From: Candidatus Aenigmatarchaeota archaeon
Lineage (GTDB): Archaea > Aenigmatarchaeota > Aenigmatarchaeia > PWEA01
Direction: 5' to 3'
NCBI GenBank assembly: GCA_003550625.1
Contig: PUKU01000032.1
Location: forward strand, 1-35,150
Length of the DNA stretch: 35,150 nt
Positions 18,625-26,746 of the stretch are shown here, one piece after another. The notes beneath the pieces are model-generated. The model was not told where the DNA came from. It did not search any database and saw only the letters and a list, made by a program, of their open reading frames with translations. Numbering within the stretch: position 1 is the stretch's first letter; the number at the start of each line of letters is the position of its first letter. The position numbers were made by a program, and so were the translations under genes.

Positions 18625-18816
18625 TGGGGCCACCCGGATTTGAACCGGGGGCTGCAGGTTTCACCTCGGCAAAAGCCGCAAACCTGTATTTATATCATTC
18701 CACGGCACGGCGCAGCTATGAACCACGCGGACCATGGTCAATTCTCCAAAAAATCTGGAGCCTGCCTTCAGCGCACCGTCAAGATGCTGTGCTAGGCCTG
18801 GCTACACTATGGCCCC
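18625..18816 (-). tRNA. tRNA-Trp(CCA) with two introns: 22 nt at 25/26 (18767-18788) and 95 nt at 37/38 (18660-18754)
   Basis: Acceptor GGGGCCA/TGGCCCC plus A73, D stem GTGT/GCAC, anticodon stem GCAGG/CCTGC around CT-CCA-G..A, T arm CCCGG-TTCAAAT-CCGGG. Removing both inserts gives a 75-nt cloverleaf. Confidence 0.92.
18660..18754 (-). ncRNA. Intron-encoded C/D-like guide RNA (predicted Cm34; possible position-39 guide)
   Basis: Guide TTTGGAG then D' TTGA (18741-18738); its -5 G pairs with C34. Long hairpin, then C' ATGATAT (18698-18692). Second guide CAGGTTT (18686-18680) is complementary to the 3' junction and positions 38-42. Confidence 0.7.
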
Positions 18817-18823
18817 ACGAATT

Positions 18824-19057
18824 CTATTTTCTCAGCTTCTTCAATGCTTCTATAATTTCGTCAAGTACCTCGTCATCGTCTGGAATCGAGAAGTTCTTCT
18901 TCCATATCCTTTCGTCGTCGTCGCCAAAAAATCCTCTCGACAGTGAAAGAAATACGTTCTCTCCTTCTTCTGATATTGCCTTCTTTCTTGAGACCTCTAT
19001 GAAGTCGTTGTTTCCAAACCTGACTTCGGTACCTTCAACGGTTTCAAAATCTACCAT
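18824..19057 (-). CDS. Small acidic hypothetical protein (predicted beta strands plus C-terminal helix)
   Basis: 77-aa ORF with protein-like composition, own AT-rich TTTAAA box at about 19088-19093, and a stop 7 nt before tRNA-Trp. Confidence 0.8.
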   Translation of the reverse strand: MVDFETVEGTEVRFGNNDFIEVSRKKAISEEGENVFLSLSRGFFGDDDERIWKKNFSIPDDDEVLDEIIEALKKLRK

Positions 19058-19103
19058 TTTAATCCCGTACTCATTTCGTACCTTTAGTTTAAAACTTTAT
19101 TGG

Positions 19104-19108
19104 AAAAA
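19104..19108 (-). terminator. Oligo-T terminator of the C/D sRNA
   Basis: TTTTT lies 3 nt after the terminal stem of the sRNA on the minus strand. Confidence 0.5.
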
Positions 19109-19111
19109 TGG

Positions 19112-19176
19112 GGGCTCACTAGCTACCCGTTGTCCTCATTCCCGAGGGTCGGACTGGGGCGGTGTGCTCATTGCCC
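19112..19176 (-). ncRNA. Box C/D sRNA, predicted guide for 23S rRNA Gm2251 (E. coli numbering) plus a second site
   Basis: GGGC-A-ATGAGCA(C)-CACCGCCCCAGT-CCGA(D')-CCCTCGGG-A-ATGAGGA(C')-CAACGGGTAGCTA-GTGA(D)-GCCC. Both K-turns can form. Guide 1 is complementary to the P-loop ACUGGGGCGGU. Confidence 0.9.
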
Positions 19177-19190
19177 ACGTAGTGGTTTGT

Positions 19191-19216
19191 GCCGAAGGCT
19201 TATAAGCTTCCTCGGC
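19191..19216 (-). promoter_or_regulatory. Putative sRNA promoter within an inverted repeat
   Basis: TTATAA at 19205-19200 starts 27 nt upstream of G19178, inside palindrome GCTTATAAGC flanked by GCCGA/TCGGC. Confidence 0.55.
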
Positions 19217-19227
19217 CTGTGAAGTTT

Positions 19228-19235
19228 TTTATATA
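19228..19235 (+). promoter_or_regulatory. TATA box of acs (leaderless spacing)
   Basis: TTTATATA ends 22 nt before ATG 19258. Confidence 0.6.
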
Positions 19236-19257
19236 ACACAAGACAATTCATGGTTGT

Positions 19258-21246
19258 ATGTCAGAGAAAGGAACACAGTGGATAGAAAAGAAGGACGGTG
19301 TATACTGGCCATCGGAAAAGATGAAGGAAAAGGCCTTTGTAAGTGACCCCGGTATATACAGGGAAGCAAAGGAGAATCCCAAGGAGTTCTGGGCTGAAAG
19401 GGCCAAAGAGCTTATAGACTGGTTCGATGATGACTGGAACTACATACAGAAATGGAATCCTCCGTTCTTCCGTTGGTTTGAAGGTGCAACCACAAACCTA
19501 TCCTACAACTGCATAGACAGACATATAGATGATAAAAAGGACAAGCCGGCGATAATCTGGGAACCGGAACCCCTTGACGAAGAAAAGAAGGTTCTAACCT
19601 ACGGAGATCTCCACAGAGAGGTACAGAAGTTCGCAAACGTTCTGAAGGAACTGGGTGTAGAAAAGGGAGATGCCGTCACCTTTTGGATGCCAATGATTCC
19701 GGAGACTGCCGTGGCAGCACTCGCATGCCAGAGAATAGGAGCATGGCACTCTATAGTGTATACCGCCTTTTCACCCGAGGCAGTCCGGAAAAGAATGGAC
19801 GATGCTGGATCAAAAATGCTAATAACAGCCGACGGATTCTACAGACGTGGCAAGGCCGTTGAACTCAAGGACAGGATAAACGGTGCCCTCGAAAAGGTGG
19901 ATGCAGAAAGCTGCATAGTAGTCAACAGGGCGGACCTGGAACCGGAGATGGTAGACGGAAGGGACCATTTTCTGTCAAACCTCAAGGACAGTGTTGACCA
20001 AAGCTGCGAGGCCGAGGAGCTGGATGCCGAAGATATAGGATTTCTCCTTTACACGTCGGGAACGACAGGTAAGCCCAAGGGCATAAAACACTCTGTCGGT
20101 GGATACATGGTCCAGGCTGCGCTCAGCATGAAATGGGTCTTCGACTTCCACGACGATGATATATTTTACTCGACGGCAGACATAGGATGGATAACGGGAC
20201 ACACGTACACGTTGTATGGACCGCTTATACACGGCGGGACTACAGTCTGGTACGAGGGATCACCCGACTACCCTAACCTGGAGAGATGGTGGGAAATAAT
20301 CGAAGAAAACGAAGCCACACAGTTCTATACAGCACCGACCGCACTGAGGATGCTTGTAAAGATGGGCAAGGATCTACCGGACAAACACGATCTATCCTCA
20401 CTGAGGATACTGGGCTCCGTGGGAGAACCAATAGACCCGGAAACGTGGGAATGGTACTTCAACAAGGTAGGTGGAGGTAGATGCCCCATAGTAGATACAT
20501 ACTGGCAGACCGAGACAGGTGGAATACTTCTAACATCACTTCCCGGAATGGGTCCGTTTGTACCGGGAGTAGCAGGTGTACCTCTTCCTCCGGTTAACTA
20601 CGATATACTGGATGAAAGGGCAGAACCAACAGATAAGGGAGCTGTAGTCATAAAGGAACCGTTCTCACCTGGTATGCTCAGAGGCGTATACAAGAGCCCC
20701 GATAAGTACAAAGAAGAGTACTGGAGCAGGTACGGAGACAAGATATACTTTTCAGGTGACGAGGGAATAGTAACAGAATACGAGGTAGGCGGGCAGAAAC
20801 TACTGAAGATAGTCGGGAGGATGGACGATCTGTTGGAGGTAGCCGGCCACAGACTCGGAACTGCAGAGTTAGAGGACGCCGTCCAGACGGTGGACGAGGT
20901 TGCGGAAGTAGCTGTAGTAGGTAAACCACATGATGTAAAAGGAGAAGTTCCAGCGCTGTTTGTTATGCTTATAGAAGGTGCAGAACCTTCGGATGGTCTC
21001 AAGGACAGTATAGTTAAGGCGGTCAGAAGGGAGGTAGGACCCGTGGCCACTCCGGGAGAGATATACTTTGTCAACGATCTACCAGAAACCGAATCAGGTA
21101 AGGTCATAAGAAGATTTCTGCGTTCGCTGTTGGAGGACGAGGAGCTCGGAGACATGAGGACAGCCAAGAATCCAGAATGTCTCAAGGAGCTGGCCGAGAA
21201 GGTGGGTTACAGCGGTCCTCAGGAAATACCAGGCTATAGTTCTTAA
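19258..21246 (+). CDS. acs: AMP-forming acetyl-CoA synthetase
   Basis: NLSYNCIDRH, YTSGTTGKPKG, ADIGWITGHTY, SVGEPI, DTYWQTETGG, GRMDD, SGKVIRR. Confidence 0.94.
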   Translation: MSEKGTQWIEKKDGVYWPSEKMKEKAFVSDPGIYREAKENPKEFWAERAKELIDWFDDDWNYIQKWNPPFFRWFEGATTNLSYNCIDRHIDDKKDKPAIIWEPEPLDEEKKVLTYGDLHREVQKFANVLKELGVEKGDAVTFWMPMIPETAVAALACQRIGAWHSIVYTAFSPEAVRKRMDDAGSKMLITADGFYRRGKAVELKDRINGALEKVDAESCIVVNRADLEPEMVDGRDHFLSNLKDSVDQSCEAEELDAEDIGFLLYTSGTTGKPKGIKHSVGGYMVQAALSMKWVFDFHDDDIFYSTADIGWITGHTYTLYGPLIHGGTTVWYEGSPDYPNLERWWEIIEENEATQFYTAPTALRMLVKMGKDLPDKHDLSSLRILGSVGEPIDPETWEWYFNKVGGGRCPIVDTYWQTETGGILLTSLPGMGPFVPGVAGVPLPPVNYDILDERAEPTDKGAVVIKEPFSPGMLRGVYKSPDKYKEEYWSRYGDKIYFSGDEGIVTEYEVGGQKLLKIVGRMDDLLEVAGHRLGTAELEDAVQTVDEVAEVAVVGKPHDVKGEVPALFVMLIEGAEPSDGLKDSIVKAVRREVGPVATPGEIYFVNDLPETESGKVIRRFLRSLLEDEELGDMRTAKNPECLKELAEKVGYSGPQEIPGYSS

Positions 21247-21314
21247 GTGTGTTTTACAGGGCTTAGAGAGCCCCATGCGTAAAATTTAAGTTTCTGGATA
21301 ACACAACTAGAGGT

Positions 21315-22940
21315 ATGAGGAGGGGCATATCTGCTCTTCTGTTTCTTATGCTGACTATGCAAACCTGTCCCGTTGCACAGGCCGATGGAGAACCGGAAAA
21401 CTTCCTGGAAAACGAGTTCTTTGATTCATGGGAAGACGGCGATCCGATGGGCTGGTGGTTGGAGAGAGGCGAGAAGGATAGCTACACCAGGTCCGAGGAT
21501 GTGACCATTGTCGGCGATGGTTCTATCTATATAGAGAAACACGAGGAAGAGTTGATTCTTTCACAGGAAGTTTACCTCGAGGAAGATGTAAACTACCACC
21601 AGGAGGTTTGGGCAAAGGGTGATGGCAACTTCAGTGTAGGGATACAGTACCCTGAAGCAACATGGACAGGTTACGGAGACTGGGTGAACGCAGAGGAGGA
21701 TGGGTGGAACAAGGCCACATACCAACAGGATCCCACAGAAAGCGGAGACGATGGACAGATCAGGATCCGAGTAAAAAACGTGAGCCAAGGACTGTGGATA
21801 GGTGCGTCGTGGCTTGGTGAGAAGGAACCCCACAAAAACTGGCCCACGGAACAGGATCACGAAAAAGAGTACATAATTGAGATAACCACAGACGGAAAAG
21901 GAAGTACCAGTCCCTCGGAAGGCAAGCACCCATACGAGGAGGGCGTAACCTTGGAGATAGAGGCCGAACCAGACGAAGGATGGACGTTTGACGGATGGTC
22001 AGGAGACGTTGATAGTGACGACAAGACAGTAGAAATAAGCATGGAGGAAAACAAAAGCGTCGTTGCACACTTTGAAGAGATGGAAGACGTTGGGGAGGAA
22101 GTTGAAAGAATCAACATAAACAAAGCAGATGTGGAAGAGCTGACCGAGATAGTAAACATCGGCGAAGCAATAGCACAAAGGATAGTCGGTGATCATGACG
22201 ACTTCTACGCACTTGCCCAGTTGACGGAGGTTCAGGGACTGGGCCCCAAGACCGTCACTGAGATAATGGAGGAGGGAAAAGCCCACGTTGTTCCACCGGA
22301 GGATGAATGGGACCTCACCGATATACTCTGCCCCGGCACAGATGATGAAGACGATGTGGGTATGGTCTACGAGGAGGTCGGGTTTATGAACCGAAGTTTT
22401 CGTATAATTCCGGGGGATGTGGAAAGGTTCAAGGAAGCCGCAGAAGAGACCAGGGAGAAGGATAAAAGGACTTTCGAACTCTTTGAATACGACGAAGAAG
22501 TGAGGGCCGGCGAAGAACTGGAGTCTCTTTTTTTGCTGAGAAACAGGGACAATGAAGGAAAAAATCTCACAGTAAAATCCTACGTTTACGAAAACAAGAG
22601 TCCTGTAAATGAAGAGGGCTGGCACGGTAACGAAAGAACTGTGTACTTAGAAGGCGGCGAAAACACCTCCATTGAGCTTGGGAATAGAATAAAGAAAGGG
22701 ACCGAACAAGGCAACTACTCGTACAGGATAATGGTCCACGAGGAAGACAGAAAGACCAACTTTACAAGGAAAGTAAAGGTTCTCGGAGCCGAAGAAACGG
22801 AAACCATTGAAAATGATACAAAAACCACAGAGGAGAGACGGGACTACGAAGAGAAGGATACGCCCACAGGAAGAACTTTCGAAAGACCAACGGCACTAGA
22901 GGAACTCGTTGGAAGAATAGTTAGTTTTCTGGGTCTGTGA
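21315..22940 (+). CDS. Secreted multidomain surface protein with ComEA-like helix-hairpin-helix domain
   Basis: Signal peptide (AQA). Trp-rich N-domain. InlB-B-like repeat (EAEPDEGWTFDGWSGD). ININKADVEEL...IGEAIAQRIV...LTEVQGLGPKT HhH pair. Beta-rich Ig-like C-domain. Confidence 0.75.
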   Translation: MRRGISALLFLMLTMQTCPVAQADGEPENFLENEFFDSWEDGDPMGWWLERGEKDSYTRSEDVTIVGDGSIYIEKHEEELILSQEVYLEEDVNYHQEVWAKGDGNFSVGIQYPEATWTGYGDWVNAEEDGWNKATYQQDPTESGDDGQIRIRVKNVSQGLWIGASWLGEKEPHKNWPTEQDHEKEYIIEITTDGKGSTSPSEGKHPYEEGVTLEIEAEPDEGWTFDGWSGDVDSDDKTVEISMEENKSVVAHFEEMEDVGEEVERININKADVEELTEIVNIGEAIAQRIVGDHDDFYALAQLTEVQGLGPKTVTEIMEEGKAHVVPPEDEWDLTDILCPGTDDEDDVGMVYEEVGFMNRSFRIIPGDVERFKEAAEETREKDKRTFELFEYDEEVRAGEELESLFLLRNRDNEGKNLTVKSYVYENKSPVNEEGWHGNERTVYLEGGENTSIELGNRIKKGTEQGNYSYRIMVHEEDRKTNFTRKVKVLGAEETETIENDTKTTEERRDYEEKDTPTGRTFERPTALEELVGRIVSFLGL

Positions 22941-22943
22941 CCC

Positions 22944-24626
22944 CTAAAGAACCTTCTCGAGTATCTTGCCGTAGACCGGCCTTGTGATTAGGACTCCTCC
23001 AAGAACTCCTATTATAGTTGTGATTGCAAAGCCTCTCATCATCCCCACACCGACGAACCCAAGGACTACCATTGCCATTATGGTCGTGGCTGCAGCCGTA
23101 AATACTATAAAGAAAGCTCTCTTAATCCTTCTTTTCATGGAGTATTTGCTTTTCTCATCATCCTTTCTGTCCAGGGTCTCGGAAGTTATGACGATCTGAT
23201 CGTCCACCGAAGAACCTATTGCGGCTATTATACCAGCTATGGCAGGCATATCTATCGTCCAGCCTATCAGTGATGCCACACCCAGTATTATGACAACTTC
23301 GGAAAAGGATGTGAAAAGAACCGGCGCTATTATCTCCTTCTTTCTGTAGATAACGAAAACTATTGCGGTTACGGCCAAGAGTGCACCTATTCCAGCCACG
23401 AGGGCTGACTGTATCATTTCCTCTCCCAGACGTGGACTTATAGAGTCCAGCTGGACCCTAACCAACTCCACTGGCAGTTTACCGCTGTCTAACACGGACT
23501 GAAGGCTTGTCATCTCTTCTATAGCACCCTCTCTCGTTTCCCTGGTCCCTGTTATCATTGGCTCATTTACAACATCGCCTATAAGGGTAGGCTGTATGGT
23601 TAACTGTGTCACGGGCTCTCTGTCCATAAAGAGGTGTATCATGGGACTGTCCAGACCCTCTGTAAGGGCGGCAAAACGTACTGCACCCTCGTCTGATATG
23701 AGAACCTTGAAACTGAACTCATACATCCCTGTATTTCTGTCCTGTCTAACGAAAGCATCTCTGCCGGAAGTATAGACATGCCTTATGTCCTCCGAGTCGT
23801 ATACCATCCCAGCTATTGTAACGGAGTCCTCGGTGGTGTTCCATACCTCGAAGGTTATATCAACGTTTTGAACACCAACGTGCGTTTCGTCGACCGTGAG
23901 GTTGAAGGTGCTGTTTTCCTCAAGCAGGACGTCGCCGTAGTAGAATTCGCCGTTCTCCTTTCTTAGTACATATGTTTGACCGGATACTGTAAACTCGGCC
24001 TCTGTTTCATTTCCAAACTCTACCTCCCTCGGAACGTATGCCTCGAACTCACCCGTTCTCTCCAGCAGCTCATCTACCACCTCCCTTCCAACGCCGGCTG
24101 CCTCTATCTGTATATAGTCGTTACCCAGTGTTTGGAACTCCATCTCCTCCAGACCAAACACGTTAAGCCTGGTCTCCAGTGCAACTATGGTGTCCCTCAG
24201 GAGGTCGCTTTTTTCTGTTTCGTTCAGGCCCTCCTCGAACTGTGGCTCAAGCAGAACACGGGTTCCTCCTATAAGGTCCATTCCCAGGTCCAGGTTTATA
24301 GCCCTGGTTTCCTCTGTGACCAGACCAAGTCCGGTTCCGTCAGCCTGCACGATCACAAGCTCCTCGGATGTCTGGACGTTCATGGTCCCTTCGTAGTTCT
24401 CAAAATCAAGCAGATCCTCCGGTGTCTTTATGGGCTGTTCGTTTATACTCAGTATTCTGTCGCCTTCGGATATTCTTCCAACGAAGGGCGATCCGTCCTC
24501 TATTCTGGTTACAACAGCACCCGTAGCAAATGGGTTGGAGAACAGTGCAAACATAGACATAGCAAGGGCTAGTATCAGTATCCATACTCTCCATTCGTCG
24601 AACAGACTACGTATAGTTTTTTTCAT
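22944..24626 (-). CDS. secD: Protein translocase subunit SecD with PDZ-like insert
   Basis: LGMDLIGGTRVLL, LETRLNVFGL, SGKLP, ISPRLG, IAGIIAAIGSSVDDQIVI, RGFAITTIIGV..TRP. Confidence 0.9.
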   Translation of the reverse strand: MKKTIRSLFDEWRVWILILALAMSMFALFSNPFATGAVVTRIEDGSPFVGRISEGDRILSINEQPIKTPEDLLDFENYEGTMNVQTSEELVIVQADGTGLGLVTEETRAINLDLGMDLIGGTRVLLEPQFEEGLNETEKSDLLRDTIVALETRLNVFGLEEMEFQTLGNDYIQIEAAGVGREVVDELLERTGEFEAYVPREVEFGNETEAEFTVSGQTYVLRKENGEFYYGDVLLEENSTFNLTVDETHVGVQNVDITFEVWNTTEDSVTIAGMVYDSEDIRHVYTSGRDAFVRQDRNTGMYEFSFKVLISDEGAVRFAALTEGLDSPMIHLFMDREPVTQLTIQPTLIGDVVNEPMITGTRETREGAIEEMTSLQSVLDSGKLPVELVRVQLDSISPRLGEEMIQSALVAGIGALLAVTAIVFVIYRKKEIIAPVLFTSFSEVVIILGVASLIGWTIDMPAIAGIIAAIGSSVDDQIVITSETLDRKDDEKSKYSMKRRIKRAFFIVFTAAATTIMAMVVLGFVGVGMMRGFAITTIIGVLGGVLITRPVYGKILEKVL

Positions 24627-25519
24627 CTTTCAACCCACCATCTTATTATAGACGCGTTTCCGAACCATGTTGATATGAAGTCTATGGCCAGTGCGATTAT
24701 GAGAACCGATGCAACCTCCCTCAGAGCCTGGGCCGTGGTAGCTATATAGAGAACTACCAGTGCAGACAGTGTAGTCACCATCATCGCAATATTTGTCCTC
24801 ATGGCCGAAAAGGTCCTCTCGGATACGGTTCCCTTCTTTCTTTTCAACACACGTGTAACAAGTACCACATCCGAGTCCACGGAATAACCTATAACCAAAA
24901 GCAGCCCTGCAAAGGATGCAAGCGTGAGCGGGATCTGGAAGAGCTGCATGACCGCAAGAACAACTATCATGTCCAGGCCAACTGCATATATTATCGCAAC
25001 AAAGGGAATAAAGTCTCTGAATACGAAGAAAACGACCACTCCCATGAATATAAACGCCGCAATCAGAGCAAGACGGGACTGCTCCCAGAAGCCCTCTGCA
25101 AGCCCTGGATCGACCTGGTTGAATGTATAGTCCTCGATCTCCATGCCCCACTCGGTTAGCACATCGACTATCTCTTCTTCCGTAACCCTTATGTCGGTTC
25201 TCACTTCGAGCCGTCTCTCCGTGGCAGATCTGGATGTCCTTATCTCGGTCTCGATCCCCCTATCGGCAAAGTATCTCTCCAGTTCCCTCGTATTTACTTC
25301 CATGTCGATTGGTATGTCCGCGGTGAGCTGGTTACCTCCTCTGAGGTTCAGACCCTTTAGAAGCCACTCGCCCTCCTCCTTGGCTCCGCGCTCCCTTCCC
25401 ATGTTGTAGTAAAGGTACCCTGAGGATACAAGAAGAAGACACAGCGATACCGCAAACAGCATGCGTTTGTCTGCACCACTGTACCAGTCCTGTAGCTTCT
25501 TGACCGTATCCTCCAACAT
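24623..25519 (-). CDS. secF: Protein translocase subunit SecF
   Basis: GLNLRGG, FFVFR, AGLLLVIGYSVDSDVVL.TR, TWFGNA. ATGA overlap with secD. Confidence 0.92.
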   Translation of the reverse strand: MLEDTVKKLQDWYSGADKRMLFAVSLCLLLVSSGYLYYNMGRERGAKEEGEWLLKGLNLRGGNQLTADIPIDMEVNTRELERYFADRGIETEIRTSRSATERRLEVRTDIRVTEEEIVDVLTEWGMEIEDYTFNQVDPGLAEGFWEQSRLALIAAFIFMGVVVFFVFRDFIPFVAIIYAVGLDMIVVLAVMQLFQIPLTLASFAGLLLVIGYSVDSDVVLVTRVLKRKKGTVSERTFSAMRTNIAMMVTTLSALVVLYIATTAQALREVASVLIIALAIDFISTWFGNASIIRWWVER

Positions 25520-25662
25520 ACTAACCCCTTTTATACATCAGGCCTATTAAAAATTAGCCAATTTCCCTGTATAACTGTTGCCATAGAAATAAAAGGTTTC
25601 TGTGTTTGTTCGGCCAGCTAATCCAAGACAAAACTTAAATCATTGGATATAAAACCATTATT

Positions 25663-26700
25663 ATGTACGACCTGATCGTTGTAGGTGCAGGTCCCGTTGG
25701 ATCACACCTGGCCAGGGAGTTCGCGGGACGGGGCCGAACTGTTCTGCTTCTGGAAAGGGGCGAGGTCGGGAAACCGGTCCAGGGAACGGGACACGTTTCA
25801 AGAGACATCTTTGAACACGTACCCAAGGACGAAGGTTTTGTGGAAAAGGATATACATGGGGCCGAAGTTCACAACCGTTTCGGCAGCTACTCCTTTGGAA
25901 GGAACGAACACACCTCATACGTCATAGACAGGGAGGGTTTCGATCGTTTTCTGTTAAGACGTGCCAAGAAAGCGGGGGTGGACTTCAAAAGAGAGGCCTT
26001 TGTGGACTTCAGGGCAACAAAGGGCAAGGTTACAGTCGAAACGAACAAGGACACATATGAGACCAGGTTGCTTGCAGGATGTGACGGGCCTCTCTCTGAC
26101 GTGAGGGTCGCCGCTGAAATCGAAAAACCAGGGCTGTTCCTGCATGGAATCTTTACGAAACAGATAGAGGTAGGTCCGATAAAGCAGGACTATGTAGAGG
26201 TTTTCCTGGATGCATCCAAGGACTTCTTCGGATGGAAGGTTCCAAGGGAAGAGAGCTTTGAATACGGACTGGCCGTGGAACTCGGAGGAGATAGTAGAAA
26301 GGCACTCGAAAGGTTCGCAGAGAAGGAGGGGTTCCATATAACAGACATACACTCTGGGCTGATACCGATACTTCCTCCCGAAAAGGTTACAAGGGGAAGG
26401 GTATTCCTATGTGGAGACGCAGCCGGGCAGGTCAAACCCTTCTCGGGCGGAGGCCTGGTATACGGACTTACATCGGCAGAGATAGCCGCAGAGACGGTAG
26501 ATCCCGAGGATGCAACAACACTGAACCGTTACGAGGAAATGTGGAGGAAGGAGCTTATGGATGAGATAAGGTTTGGGAATAGGATAAGAAAGGTGTACAA
26601 GCTTCCGTTCTTCCTCAGAGCACCGCTACTGTGGACCGGTGTGAGGATGTCGAAAAACGCACACATGGATAGGCCCAGTTCCTTGATTAATTCGGGCTAA
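25663..26700 (+). CDS. Geranylgeranyl reductase-family FAD oxidoreductase
   Basis: VVGAGPVGS, IDREGFD, GCDG, FFGWKVP, GDAAGQVKPFSGGGL. Confidence 0.85.
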   Translation: MYDLIVVGAGPVGSHLAREFAGRGRTVLLLERGEVGKPVQGTGHVSRDIFEHVPKDEGFVEKDIHGAEVHNRFGSYSFGRNEHTSYVIDREGFDRFLLRRAKKAGVDFKREAFVDFRATKGKVTVETNKDTYETRLLAGCDGPLSDVRVAAEIEKPGLFLHGIFTKQIEVGPIKQDYVEVFLDASKDFFGWKVPREESFEYGLAVELGGDSRKALERFAEKEGFHITDIHSGLIPILPPEKVTRGRVFLCGDAAGQVKPFSGGGLVYGLTSAEIAAETVDPEDATTLNRYEEMWRKELMDEIRFGNRIRKVYKLPFFLRAPLLWTGVRMSKNAHMDRPSSLINSG

Positions 26701-26746
26701 ATGGTAAAATCTTATAACTTAACTTGTTCTAAAGTAGTACAGTGGG

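Noticed and set aside
18742..18754. Alternative 13-nt mini-intron using CTCC/GGAG
   Set aside because: It has no inner helix and its removal would not restore the anticodon stem. The GGAG is better explained as the Cm34 guide.
19152..19164. Plus-strand GACTGGGGCGGTG as an rRNA gene fragment
   Set aside because: The match is only about 12 nt and is flanked by C/D boxes on the minus strand, so it is better explained as an sRNA guide.
18624..19205. 193-aa plus-strand ORF
   Set aside because: It is the antisense shadow of tRNA-Trp, the 77-aa gene and the C/D sRNA, and has no protein-like motifs.
19188..19217. Hairpin followed by ACA as an H/ACA RNA
   Set aside because: No K-turn or pseudouridylation pocket. 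It coincides with the likely sRNA TATA box.
21259..21273. GGGCT-TAGAG-AGCCC hairpin after acs
   Set aside because: Too short and has no T-run, so a terminator or ncRNA call is not supported.
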